A DNA stretch of 22,295 nt from Promethearchaeota archaeon (GTDB lineage Archaea > Asgardarchaeota > Lokiarchaeia > Sigyniarchaeales > SOKP01). A program made the translations under genes and the position numbers. This document shows, piece after piece, positions 8,487 to 17,293 of this stretch (positions within the stretch are counted from its first letter, which is position 1; every line of letters begins with the position of its first letter). The notes below the pieces were generated by a model. That model saw only the letters and a program-made list of their open reading frames with translations. It searched no databases and was not told the DNA's origin. Where the stretch lies: assembly GCA_048938855.1 (NCBI GenBank), contig JBHLLT010000036.1, forward strand, positions 1 to 22,295, given 5' to 3'.

Positions 8487-9449
8487 ATGTCGGAAGAAGA
8501 AGAATTACCACCAGAAGCGATTGAGGAACTTGAAAAGGCTGCTAAAAAAGCGGAAAAAAAACCTCGTAAAACTACAAGAAGTACGCCAACAAAGAAGAAA
8601 GTCAAAAAACCATCGAAGAAAGCTGCTGAGACTCCCGAAGTTGCTCCAAAACCTAGCCGAGCGGTTCATAAAAAGATAAAAGTAAATTTTTGGCGTACAA
8701 GACTACACGATGAGGAATTAGGGGTTCATCAACAACTAAAATACCAAGCGAAAACTCGTTGGTTTAGTAAGAATTTTGATATTGAAGGAGTTGTTGAAGA
8801 AGATGGAGAAAAGAAATATATTATTGGTTTCAGTAAAAACGATTGGGAAGAAAAACCTCTTGAAGAAAAAAGGTTGACGCTCCGAGTATTTACAATTATG
8901 GAAGAAAAAATAACAGATTCTGGTACTGCTAAAGGTGGGAATTTCAAAGGTGGTTTTGAATTAAGTGTATCCCATTCACTCATTCAAAGTTATGAAATTA
9001 AGCATCATGCTCCTGTATTCATAATGCAAGTACCTAGAACAATATATTTATCAAGAGTCGTAAGAGGTTGGAGGTTAGTGGGTACTTATTGGTCATGGCC
9101 ATTGCTTCCAGAGCAAAAGGATGATAAGCTCCAAGTTGTTCGAGCTAAAGGAATTGTAGGCCCTGGAAGGAATTATTGGATTTATATTGGTGATCAAAAA
9201 ATTGCCCGAGTTGACGGCCAAAGAATACAGAAAAATTTTGAAATTCAAATCTTTGATGAGACTTATGCAAAAGATAAAATGTTTATAATGCACATGATCT
9301 TATTTGGTTGTATGTGTAATTTTATGAGAATTGCTGAGAAAATGATTAAACAGCTCTATAAAAAGATGAAGAAAACAGCAACAACAGATTACAAAATTCC
9401 TAGAAATGAATTAACATTATTCCGTAATCCAAGAATGATGAGAAGATAA
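8487..9449 (+). CDS. Hypothetical protein with an acidic then Lys/Pro-rich N-terminus and a possible Tubby-C/LURP-one (scramblase-like) barrel
   Basis: 320-aa ORF with a beta-rich body ending in GRNYWIYIGDQKIARVD..FEIQIFD followed by the hydrophobic helix MFIMHMILFGCMCNF. Confidence 0.6.
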   Translation: MSEEEELPPEAIEELEKAAKKAEKKPRKTTRSTPTKKKVKKPSKKAAETPEVAPKPSRAVHKKIKVNFWRTRLHDEELGVHQQLKYQAKTRWFSKNFDIEGVVEEDGEKKYIIGFSKNDWEEKPLEEKRLTLRVFTIMEEKITDSGTAKGGNFKGGFELSVSHSLIQSYEIKHHAPVFIMQVPRTIYLSRVVRGWRLVGTYWSWPLLPEQKDDKLQVVRAKGIVGPGRNYWIYIGDQKIARVDGQRIQKNFEIQIFDETYAKDKMFIMHMILFGCMCNFMRIAEKMIKQLYKKMKKTATTDYKIPRNELTLFRNPRMMRR

Positions 9450-9471
9450 AACCCTATATGTCAATATATCC

Positions 9472-9492
9472 TTTTTTTACTTTTTTTTTTTT
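9472..9492 (+). terminator. Archaeal U-tract terminator
   Basis: T7-AC-T12 starting 22 nt after the 9449 stop, in a convergent gap. Confidence 0.6.
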
Positions 9493-9529
9493 AAATAATC
9501 AGTTATATCCAGATTTCTCTCAAATCCAT

Positions 9530-9553
9530 AAAAAAAATTTAATAAAAAAAAAA
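9530..9553 (-). terminator. Archaeal U-tract terminator of the 9564-10337 gene
   Basis: A-tracts on the plus strand (U-tracts on minus) starting 10 nt past the stop at 9564. Confidence 0.5.
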
Positions 9554-9563
9554 TTGCATAAAT

Positions 9564-10337
9564 TTAACCAGATAATTCCTTCTTCTTCCACTCAATATAG
9601 CCTCTAGTTTCCTGTCCTCTATGAATTGCTTTTTTACCCGTTTCTTTTTTATAGATTGATTGAAGTGTTCTTTCATCCATTTCTTTCAATGCTTCTTTCT
9701 TAATGCGTTCATCAACTTCAATTTCATCATCGATAGTTTTAACTCGACTAAGAACCCAAAACACGCCTCTATTCCATATTACAAAACCTAGAATAATAAT
9801 AGCTACCACTAAAAAAATCATAACTCCTACCCATAAAATCCATAATCCAACCCCAAAGTTCTCCACCATAACTGTCCATAGTCCCCATAGAGCACTCCAA
9901 AAAGCATAAGGAAGAAATCCTATTAGGAGAGCAAGTAAAGTAATATATAAACTAGCTAAAGCAGTCCCTACAAGTAATCTTAGAGTTGAATAATCTTCCC
10001 ATTTCTTTGCTAATCGACGGTCTTTAAATAAAAGGTTACAAAGCTTTACCATCCCTCCTCTAAATAGAGTGTAAAATAAGACTAGTAAAAACAAATGTCC
10101 AGTAACAATACCAGCTATTATAGCGATTTGAAATCCAAGATGGAGATTTAGAAAAGCTTGCCATGCTGTTCCTGGAATTAGTAGTGTAATAATAACAAAC
10201 CATATGCCAAGTACTACAACAGCGGTACCGACGATAAGCCCATAATAAATAAATTTAGCAATTCTGAGGTCCCAAGTGGAATATAAATCCAATGGATCTG
10301 GTTCTCTATCAGGAGCTTTACGACCTGCGCGCGGCAT
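9564..10337 (-). CDS. Hypothetical 4-TM membrane protein with an internal two-fold repeat
   Basis: Four hydrophobic segments in two hairpins, each preceded by a YST-LR motif, plus a charged C-terminal domain. Confidence 0.75.
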   Translation of the reverse strand: MPRAGRKAPDREPDPLDLYSTWDLRIAKFIYYGLIVGTAVVVLGIWFVIITLLIPGTAWQAFLNLHLGFQIAIIAGIVTGHLFLLVLFYTLFRGGMVKLCNLLFKDRRLAKKWEDYSTLRLLVGTALASLYITLLALLIGFLPYAFWSALWGLWTVMVENFGVGLWILWVGVMIFLVVAIIILGFVIWNRGVFWVLSRVKTIDDEIEVDERIKKEALKEMDERTLQSIYKKETGKKAIHRGQETRGYIEWKKKELSG

Positions 10338-10479
10338 TATTATCTCATTTTATTATGTTTTTTAATTAAATTTTGATTAGGTTTTCAAAATCTATATTTT
10401 AATAATTAGTTTTACTATTATTTATTTTTATTAGTAATTTGATAAGCAAAAGATTATTTTTTAATAGCTTTTTGATAGT

Positions 10480-10938
10480 TCATTTTTTTAAAGGAGATTG
10501 ACAAAAGGGGCAAGTACTATATTTACCATCTAGGTTTTCTCCGCAATAAGGGCATACTGATTTTATATCCTCTTTATCCTTCTCCTTCTTCCTTTTTTTA
10601 GGTTCTTGTTTCTTTGTTGGAACCTCTTCTACCTCAGATTCCTCTTCCATTAAACCTGTTTTATCTAAAATCCTTTCTTTAGGTGTCATATCTTCACGCT
10701 TCTTTTTTGGTTTAATAAAAGGTTTGTCAGAATATTCTAATTTTGTGAAACATATAGGGCAATACACTTTTGGTCTATTTGATAAATAAATTCCATAAAC
10801 AATAGCACCAATTCCTAACGTTCCTATTATGATCATAACCCAAGCTAATTTTTGCATGGTTGTTAAAGGTTTTCTCTTTGAGGTTTCAACTTCTTGTTTA
10901 CACACTTTACAGTATGCAAATTTTATTTTCTTACTCAT
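10480..10938 (-). CDS. LITAF-like zinc knuckle/hydrophobic hairpin protein with a C-terminal zinc ribbon
   Basis: CKVC, about 22 hydrophobic residues, YCPIC, a charged linker and CPYC-x10-CPFC. Start is ATG 10938 or TTG 10947. Confidence 0.7.
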   Translation of the reverse strand: MSKKIKFAYCKVCKQEVETSKRKPLTTMQKLAWVMIIIGTLGIGAIVYGIYLSNRPKVYCPICFTKLEYSDKPFIKPKKKREDMTPKERILDKTGLMEEESEVEEVPTKKQEPKKRKKEKDKEDIKSVCPYCGENLDGKYSTCPFCQSPLKK

Positions 10939-11066
10939 TTTAACCAATTTTCAAATAATTAAGTTGTATATTTTTAATAATAGATTATTTTAATTAAAAA
11001 ACGTTTTTACTACCTAATAATCAAGTTCTTTTTATAAATTGTTATATTCTTTAAAAATGGATAAAC

Positions 11067-12383
11067 GTGCAAGAAAATTCCTTTTATATTGAAACTTATG
11101 GATGTACATCCAATAAAGCAGATTCATATATTATTATGAATACGCTAGTAAATGCAAATTATTCTCAAGTCTCTTTAGAAAATGCCCAGTTCATTATTAT
11201 TAATACGTGTGGTGTAAAAGAGCAAACTGAAAATAAAATTAAAGCACGTTTAGAATCTTTACATAAGAAATATCAAAATGATCCTAATAAACATATTATA
11301 ATTGCAGGGTGTTTACCCTATATAGCTCCCAATTATGTCGAAGTTATAAAAAAGATTATTCCTTCACTTTCAGCAATAATTGATTTGAATAATATAATAG
11401 ATATTCCTAAAATTTTTCAAGAAATTAAAGATGGAAATAAAAATATAATAGTTAAATCAAATAAATCTATTGATAAAGCAAATTTTTTAATCAAACATAC
11501 ACCAGGTAAAATCACAGGAGTTATTCCAATCTCGGAAGGATGTTTGGGCTCTTGTACGTATTGTTGTGTGAAAAATGCACGAGGCAAACTCAACTGCTAT
11601 GATCCAAGCAGTATAGTAAAAAATGTTGAACATCAACTAAACCAAGGAATTAAACAAATATATTTGACCTCACAAGATTGCAGTACTTATCAATATATCA
11701 ATACCAATTTGGCACAATTAGTAAAAAATATAGTCTCTCTTGATTATAAGTTCTTTTTAAGAATAGGAATGATTAATCCAAGTTTTTTAATTGAAAATAC
11801 AGAACAACTAATCTCAATTTTTAAGCAACCTAAAGTATACCAATTTTTACACATTCCAATTCAATCAGGAAGTAACAGAATTTTAAAAAAAATGAATAGG
11901 AAATACTTAATCTCAGATATAATAGGAAATCTTGAACTACTAAGGATTGAATTTCCAAATTTAACGATTTCTACTGATATAATTTGTGGTTTTCCTGGTG
12001 AAACTGAATATGATTTCTTTAGGACTATTAATTTTATCAAATGGTTAAAGCCTGAAATATTAAATATATCAAAGTTCACACCTCGTCCAGGAACGAAAGC
12101 AAAAGAAATGGAGCAGCTTGATAGTAAAATTATAAAAGAGAGATCTATTAGATTGTCAAAAATCTTCCGTAATAGCCTATCTAATATAAATGTAAAATGG
12201 AATGGATGGAATGGAGAAGTTTTGATTTTACACGAAGGAACAGAGCATAATCAAGCATTTGGGAGGAATTACGCCTATAAAAATGTGTTTATCAATAACT
12301 ATACAAGTAGTTTTGGTAAATTTGTTAAGGTCAAAATAGTTAAGGTTGACGGTTTTAACTTATTTGGAATACCTACCCAGTAG
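11067..12383 (+). CDS. mtaB: tRNA (t6A37) methylthiotransferase, archaeal/CDKAL1-type MiaB-like radical SAM enzyme
   Basis: UPF0004 cysteines (ETYGCTSN, NTCGVK, AGCLP), radical SAM motif CLGSCTYC, RIGMINP, HIPIQSGS, TDIICGFPGET, FTPRPGT and a C-terminal TRAM domain. Confidence 0.88.
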   Translation: MQENSFYIETYGCTSNKADSYIIMNTLVNANYSQVSLENAQFIIINTCGVKEQTENKIKARLESLHKKYQNDPNKHIIIAGCLPYIAPNYVEVIKKIIPSLSAIIDLNNIIDIPKIFQEIKDGNKNIIVKSNKSIDKANFLIKHTPGKITGVIPISEGCLGSCTYCCVKNARGKLNCYDPSSIVKNVEHQLNQGIKQIYLTSQDCSTYQYINTNLAQLVKNIVSLDYKFFLRIGMINPSFLIENTEQLISIFKQPKVYQFLHIPIQSGSNRILKKMNRKYLISDIIGNLELLRIEFPNLTISTDIICGFPGETEYDFFRTINFIKWLKPEILNISKFTPRPGTKAKEMEQLDSKIIKERSIRLSKIFRNSLSNINVKWNGWNGEVLILHEGTEHNQAFGRNYAYKNVFINNYTSSFGKFVKVKIVKVDGFNLFGIPTQ

Positions 12384-12388
12384 TTATT

Positions 12389-13471
12389 TTAATTCTCAAC
12401 TTTCTTTAACAGTTCATATTTTCTCCTTGGACTTAAGATTATAGTAACTCCAATTATTATAATGAGAATACTAAAAAAGATAAGTGAATAATTTAAATAA
12501 ATATCCCACCAACTCATAAGCCAAGCTTCCGATATTATAAATGTTATACCAGATATTATATAAAAGTATGGGGGAAAAGGTAAGAACATTACTATGAGAG
12601 AAATTATAATAAATATGGGGGCTATAAATTTTTTACTAAGGTTAAATTTCATTCTTGTTATCTCATTATGCTGTTTTACATACCAGTTTAGTCTAAAATA
12701 ATATTGAATGCCATAAATTAATATAAATACAAAAATAGAAAGAATACCAAGAATAAAACTCATATATTCCCAAGTATATGGGCCAGGAGGGTAAGAACCA
12801 ATAAACCAATTCCAATGGAATGCAAAAATCCAATCTAATGTCCATCCAAATATGAAAATCAGGATAGAACTATATATTATCCCACCACTGGTTAAAATTC
12901 TATTTCCACGGCTTAAAAAACTAGATGTCCTCGAATTATTATCAGAATTGTGACTTTTAATAAATTTTTTGTAAAAATAAAATCCAATGAAAAAAATAAA
13001 TATTCCACATTGAAAGAAGAAAAAACAGATTACTAAAGGAATTAAGAAAAGGCTAGCAATTTCAACTGCAGAAAAATTATAAATATTAAAAAAAATAATG
13101 AAAGAGATAAAGTAACCAAACATATATAATACCAAAAGGGCCCCAAAAAAAGAACCTGATTTCATTAGAATTCTGTATTTTCTTAAATTCCCTCCACGTA
13201 TTTGATCTTTAATTTTCTGAGCTAAATCACGGGAATGATAAAAATGTTTAAAAATTAGACTACCTATTAGGAGGCCTATTCCGATAATTAAAATGTTCAG
13301 AACAATTATATGTAGATTTGGTACCCATGCTAAATACGAGGGAGTACTTGGTAAATTTATTACTAATAATGTTAATATTGCATAAAAAACAGTGGAATAA
13401 ATTGTTATGAATATTGCTATTATAACCATTAAATTTATCAAAATAGATTTATGAGGGATGTTCAGGCTCAT
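12389..13471 (-). CDS. Hypothetical multi-pass membrane protein (about 8 TM), paralog A
   Basis: Very hydrophobic and colinear with 13823-14917 (PS..SYLAWV, LNILIIGIGLLIGS, MFGYF, FIGSYPP, PRRKYE). ATG 13471 was chosen because it aligns with the paralog start. Confidence 0.75.
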   Translation of the reverse strand: MSLNIPHKSILINLMVIIAIFITIYSTVFYAILTLLVINLPSTPSYLAWVPNLHIIVLNILIIGIGLLIGSLIFKHFYHSRDLAQKIKDQIRGGNLRKYRILMKSGSFFGALLVLYMFGYFISFIIFFNIYNFSAVEIASLFLIPLVICFFFFQCGIFIFFIGFYFYKKFIKSHNSDNNSRTSSFLSRGNRILTSGGIIYSSILIFIFGWTLDWIFAFHWNWFIGSYPPGPYTWEYMSFILGILSIFVFILIYGIQYYFRLNWYVKQHNEITRMKFNLSKKFIAPIFIIISLIVMFLPFPPYFYIISGITFIISEAWLMSWWDIYLNYSLIFFSILIIIIGVTIILSPRRKYELLKKVEN

Positions 13472-13529
13472 CTTATATTGCCCTCTAGCATTCAAATAAT
13501 ACTTTTATGTAATTTTATATCAACTAAGT

Positions 13530-13537
13530 TATATAAA
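13530..13537 (-). promoter_or_regulatory. TATA box (TTTATATA) of paralog A
   Basis: Its nearest base is 59 nt from ATG 13471, the same offset as the box upstream of paralog B. Confidence 0.55.
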
Positions 13538-13822
13538 GGTATTTTGCCCCATCTGGATTTAAGAAAAATCAAAAAACTTTCAAAATTATAAATTAAATAA
13601 CATTGATACTTCCTTAAATATCATCTTTCCCCATTTCTGCATAATTTCCTGGTTCTCTAATCTTAAAAAGTTTAGGACATCTGCTATTATAACCTCTTGG
13701 TATGTGTAAGACGGGTGGCCTTAAAACTGATTTCTGCAAATATATTTTTGTCTAAGGTTTTAAAATATAACTTATTGAAGCTTTCAATTTTTATGCAAAA
13801 ATAATATAAATTTAAATTAAAG

Positions 13823-14917
13823 TTAAAAATTATTTATAACTTCATACTTTCGTCTTGGAATTAAAAAAACAATACAACTTATCAAAATCATTTGGATCAA
13901 AAGCAATGTAATTGTCAAAGATTCAGAATATCCCCATGGGTGATAAAACCATGGATATATAATCAAAGAAACAATATGAAATAAAAAAGCAAGATACCCA
14001 AAATAAAAATATGACTGTAAAACTAGCATGAATGTAATTATTAATATTAATATACTGCCAACTCGAATTATGAAATTAAATTTAAATTGAAAATTCTTTT
14101 TTTTCATGTAACTTAATTTTCTCTCATACTTTATTGCACGAACAAAATAGGTTATAGTCAAGGAGTGGATTAGCAAAAAAACAGATAAAACTGCCAGCAA
14201 AAAACCCATTAATTCATGTTCAAATCGTGTAGGGGGATAAGGGCCTACAAAATAGTAATTGTTAAAGAAAAAAATAGCATATACAGCACTTCCAAAAATA
14301 TATACAATAAATCCACTATAGGCACTTATAATGGTGATTAAAATTTTATATTTTTTTTTTAAGAATCTTGGGATTCCCGTCCTTATTGTAGTTTTTTGAA
14401 GTGTGAGATAATTCTTTATTATATAAAATCCTAAAAAAAAGATAAATAAACCTAACAGGAAAAATAAATACGTTATCATGAATTTCGTTAAGAAAAGCTC
14501 AGCAAACTCAACAGAATTAGTGTAGTACTTAGAAATAAATATTATGAGAGAGAAAAAATAACCAAACATTACTGAAGCTACTAATAAACCTAAAATTGAC
14601 AGTATTCCAAAAAAGATTTTATTCTTTTTAACATCTAATTTTATTGTTCGGATTTTAATTTGTTCTGAAGTTCCTAGGGCTTGACTAAATTTATTATAAA
14701 ATATACTCCCGATTAGGATCCCTAATCCAATAATTAATAAGTTCAAGTAGACTATATACGAAATTGAAACCCATGCCAAATGACTATAAATACTCGGAAT
14801 ATTTGGAGAATGAACTGCTAAGATAATAAAAACAACTCCAGAGTAAACACAAATAAATAATCCCATAAAAGTAATTAATTTAGTCAAAATAGACTTGATG
14901 CTTAAGTTAAAACTCAA
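13823..14917 (-). CDS. Hypothetical multi-pass membrane protein (about 8 TM), paralog B
   Basis: TTG start. PSIYSHLAWV, LNLLIIGLGILIGS, MFGYF, FVGPYPP and PRRKYE are shared with paralog A. Confidence 0.75.
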   Translation of the reverse strand: MSFNLSIKSILTKLITFMGLFICVYSGVVFIILAVHSPNIPSIYSHLAWVSISYIVYLNLLIIGLGILIGSIFYNKFSQALGTSEQIKIRTIKLDVKKNKIFFGILSILGLLVASVMFGYFFSLIIFISKYYTNSVEFAELFLTKFMITYLFFLLGLFIFFLGFYIIKNYLTLQKTTIRTGIPRFLKKKYKILITIISAYSGFIVYIFGSAVYAIFFFNNYYFVGPYPPTRFEHELMGFLLAVLSVFLLIHSLTITYFVRAIKYERKLSYMKKKNFQFKFNFIIRVGSILILIITFMLVLQSYFYFGYLAFLFHIVSLIIYPWFYHPWGYSESLTITLLLIQMILISCIVFLIPRRKYEVINNF

Positions 14918-14975
14918 AGATTAATTCTCTCTATTTTCTAATTTAAGATTTCTTGTTGTGATATATTAAATAAAT

Positions 14976-14983
14976 TATATAAA
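14976..14983 (-). promoter_or_regulatory. TATA box (TTTATATA) of paralog B
   Basis: Its nearest base is 59 nt from the 14917 start, mirroring paralog A. Confidence 0.55.
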
Positions 14984-15015
14984 AGTTTTCATCTTCGAAA
15001 TTTAATTTACATAAG

Positions 15016-15074
15016 GTGTAATCCTTATTATTTTATCTTTAATGATTCTAAAGATTGCTATATGATGATTACAC
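15016..15074. repeat. 59-bp imperfect palindrome (nested inverted repeats)
   Basis: GTGTAATC (15016-15023)/GATTACAC (15067-15074) and ATCTTTA (15035-15041)/TAAAGAT (15049-15055) share the same centre, 15045. Confidence 0.6.
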
Positions 15075-15200
15075 ACCACTCTTGTAAAAATTTGGAACAA
15101 TTTTTAAATATTCTCAAATTTGAAATAATTTTGATAATTATTTGATATGAATTTAAACTAATTTTATTAAAAGGAATCACGTACAAGGAAGGTTTTAAGG

Positions 15201-16370
15201 ATGACTGAGAAGTTATATTGGGAAGATGCTTATCAAATACAGTTTAAAGCTCATGTAAAACAAATTAAAGAACAAGGTGTTATTCTTGATAAAACCTTAT
15301 TTTATCCTGAAAGCGGAAATCAAGCAAGTGACCGAGGGTATTTAATATGTAGAGATCATAAATTTGAAGTAAAGAAAGTTACTAAAGAAAATGAAAAAAT
15401 AGTCCATCATATCTCTTCTGATTTTAAAAAAAAAATTAATATAGGAGATATAGTTGACGGAAAAATAGATTGGGATTATAGATACGGCATTATGAAAGCT
15501 CATACTTCTCAACATATATTTTCAGCAGTATTTAAAAATAAGTACAATATAGATACTCTTCGAGCTACTCTAAATTTCGAGGAAGTATTCCTGCAAGTTT
15601 CTAAAAAAATTGAACTTGATCAATTGAAGAAAATTCTAGTAGAAGTTAATAAAATTTGTAATTTTAAAAATTTAAACTTGAAAGCTCATATTGTTCAACA
15701 TAAGGATACAAAAGCATTTTCTAGTAAAATAAGAAGTGCGATCCCAGATGAATCTAATATTAGATTAGTCGAAATTTATAATTTAGATTTAGTCTGTTGC
15801 GGAGGTACTCATGTCAAGAATACAATAGAGATTGGGAATGTGTTCCTTTATGAGTTTAAGAAGGGTAATGAAATTCGATATGTCCTCGGAAATAAAGCTA
15901 TAGAAATGAGCTCAAAAAGTAATTTAGATCTAATAGAGATCGCTAATAATATAAATTCTCCAGTTGATCAGTTAGATAGATTGTTTAAGAAGCGTTTAGA
16001 ACTCCTAGAAAATCTGCAAGAACAAAATAAATCTTTATCCTTTAATCTTTTAGAGTTAATTTCTAAATCACCTATTAAAAAAATCAACAATATTTCATTA
16101 TTTTATATCGATTTTAATGTTGATATAAAGATTTTAAACAAGTCTTTAGAAAATTTTCCCCAAGATTCACTTATCATTGTAAAATTTGAGGGCAATAAAA
16201 TAAGAATTCTTTCCCTAAATGAAGTAGTAGATTCTAACCAAATATTACAGCAACTTATAAAAAAATTTGGCGGAAGAGGAGGAGGAAATCCTAAATCTTC
16301 TCAAGGATTTTTAGAAAATGTTCCTGAAAATATATTAATTGAAGTTGAGATTTTAATCCAAAATAATTAG
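15201..16370 (+). CDS. alaX: Alanyl-tRNA editing protein AlaX, long form with C-Ala/DHHA1 domain
   Basis: TEKLYWEDAY, LDKTLFYPESGNQASDRG, zinc motifs HTSQH and CGGTH, and C-terminal GGRGGG. No aminoacylation domain. Confidence 0.9.
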   Translation: MTEKLYWEDAYQIQFKAHVKQIKEQGVILDKTLFYPESGNQASDRGYLICRDHKFEVKKVTKENEKIVHHISSDFKKKINIGDIVDGKIDWDYRYGIMKAHTSQHIFSAVFKNKYNIDTLRATLNFEEVFLQVSKKIELDQLKKILVEVNKICNFKNLNLKAHIVQHKDTKAFSSKIRSAIPDESNIRLVEIYNLDLVCCGGTHVKNTIEIGNVFLYEFKKGNEIRYVLGNKAIEMSSKSNLDLIEIANNINSPVDQLDRLFKKRLELLENLQEQNKSLSFNLLELISKSPIKKINNISLFYIDFNVDIKILNKSLENFPQDSLIIVKFEGNKIRILSLNEVVDSNQILQQLIKKFGGRGGGNPKSSQGFLENVPENILIEVEILIQNN

Positions 16371-16423
16371 CTTTTAAAAATAAATATATAGAGAAAAGAA
16401 ATTTAAATACAAGGATTAAGATT

Positions 16424-17293
16424 TTATTTTAAACCCTTTTCTTCTAAAAATGATGTTAATCTAGTTCTATGAAATTTCAATCCAAGATCATCTGAGTTTT
16501 CTCCAAATGCAAGAGCTAATAATTCTGTCACATATAAAATAGGAACGTTAAATCCTCCTGCTTTCTTCTGATTGTTATCAAACTGCTGGAAACAAGCGGG
16601 GCAATTTACTATTATTGCTTCAGCACCTGCATTTGTAGCACTTGTCATTTTATTTTTTAATATTTGCATTGAAGACTCTTCTTCAGTATTACCGGTTCCA
16701 GTACCACAGCATAACATTTCTTCTTCATAATCAACAGGTGTTGCTCCTGTAGCTGCAACAATTTCTCTTAATTTAACAGGTTTCATAGGATCATCTGTTT
16801 GTATTTTTTCTGAAGGTCGATTATAGTGACATCCAGTATGACAAGCGACTTTCAATCCACTTAATTCATTTTTTACATTTTCCTTTATTTTATCTACATA
16901 CTCATGTAATACTTCAACAAAATGTTTCACATTAATAGTTCCCTTAAATTCCTTTCCAACTGTTTTCAAAATCTTATTAATATGTTCTTTTTCATGATCA
17001 TCATGTTTTAATTCTTCATTAACAAGTTTTAAAGTCTGAAAGCATCCATTGCATAAAGAAATTATATCTTTTCCTTCTCCTTCAGCAATAGTAAGATTTC
17101 TTGCACCCATTGCCATCCAACTGAGATGATCAGTACCATTGAATCCAACTGGATCAGGACAACATGCAAATGCAGCATCTGATGTTTTAATTCCAAGTTT
17201 ATCAAATACTTTTCTTGCTGAAGCTTCTATAAATGGAATTCTGTTGCCTATAACACAACCTTGGAACATTTTGTATTCTTCTGCTTTAGCCAT
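16424..17293 (-). CDS. hdrB: Heterodisulfide reductase subunit B (CCG-domain protein)
   Basis: Two CCG domains (FQGC..ACCPDP..CNGC and HTGCH..CCGTG..CPACFQQFD), ARNL, and the PILYVTELLALAFG..LGLKFH tail. Confidence 0.92.
   Translation of the reverse strand: MAKAEEYKMFQGCVIGNRIPFIEASARKVFDKLGIKTSDAAFACCPDPVGFNGTDHLSWMAMGARNLTIAEGEGKDIISLCNGCFQTLKLVNEELKHDDHEKEHINKILKTVGKEFKGTINVKHFVEVLHEYVDKIKENVKNELSGLKVACHTGCHYNRPSEKIQTDDPMKPVKLREIVAATGATPVDYEEEMLCCGTGTGNTEEESSMQILKNKMTSATNAGAEAIIVNCPACFQQFDNNQKKAGGFNVPILYVTELLALAFGENSDDLGLKFHRTRLTSFLEEKGLK

Noticed and set aside
8405-9909. Short ORFs 8405-8605, 8479-8679, 8729-8983, 9093-9293 and 9703-9909
   Set aside because: Alternate-frame or antisense shadows of longer real genes. 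8479-8679 only reflects the A-rich low-complexity region.
11861-12079. 72-aa minus-strand ORF
   Set aside because: Antisense to mtaB.
15016-15074. Integron attC site or SECIS interpretation of the 59-bp palindrome
   Set aside because: It lacks RYYYAAC/GTTRRRY ends, there is no integrase or second copy in the window, it has no tandem GA core in the stem, and no adjacent gene has an in-frame TGA.
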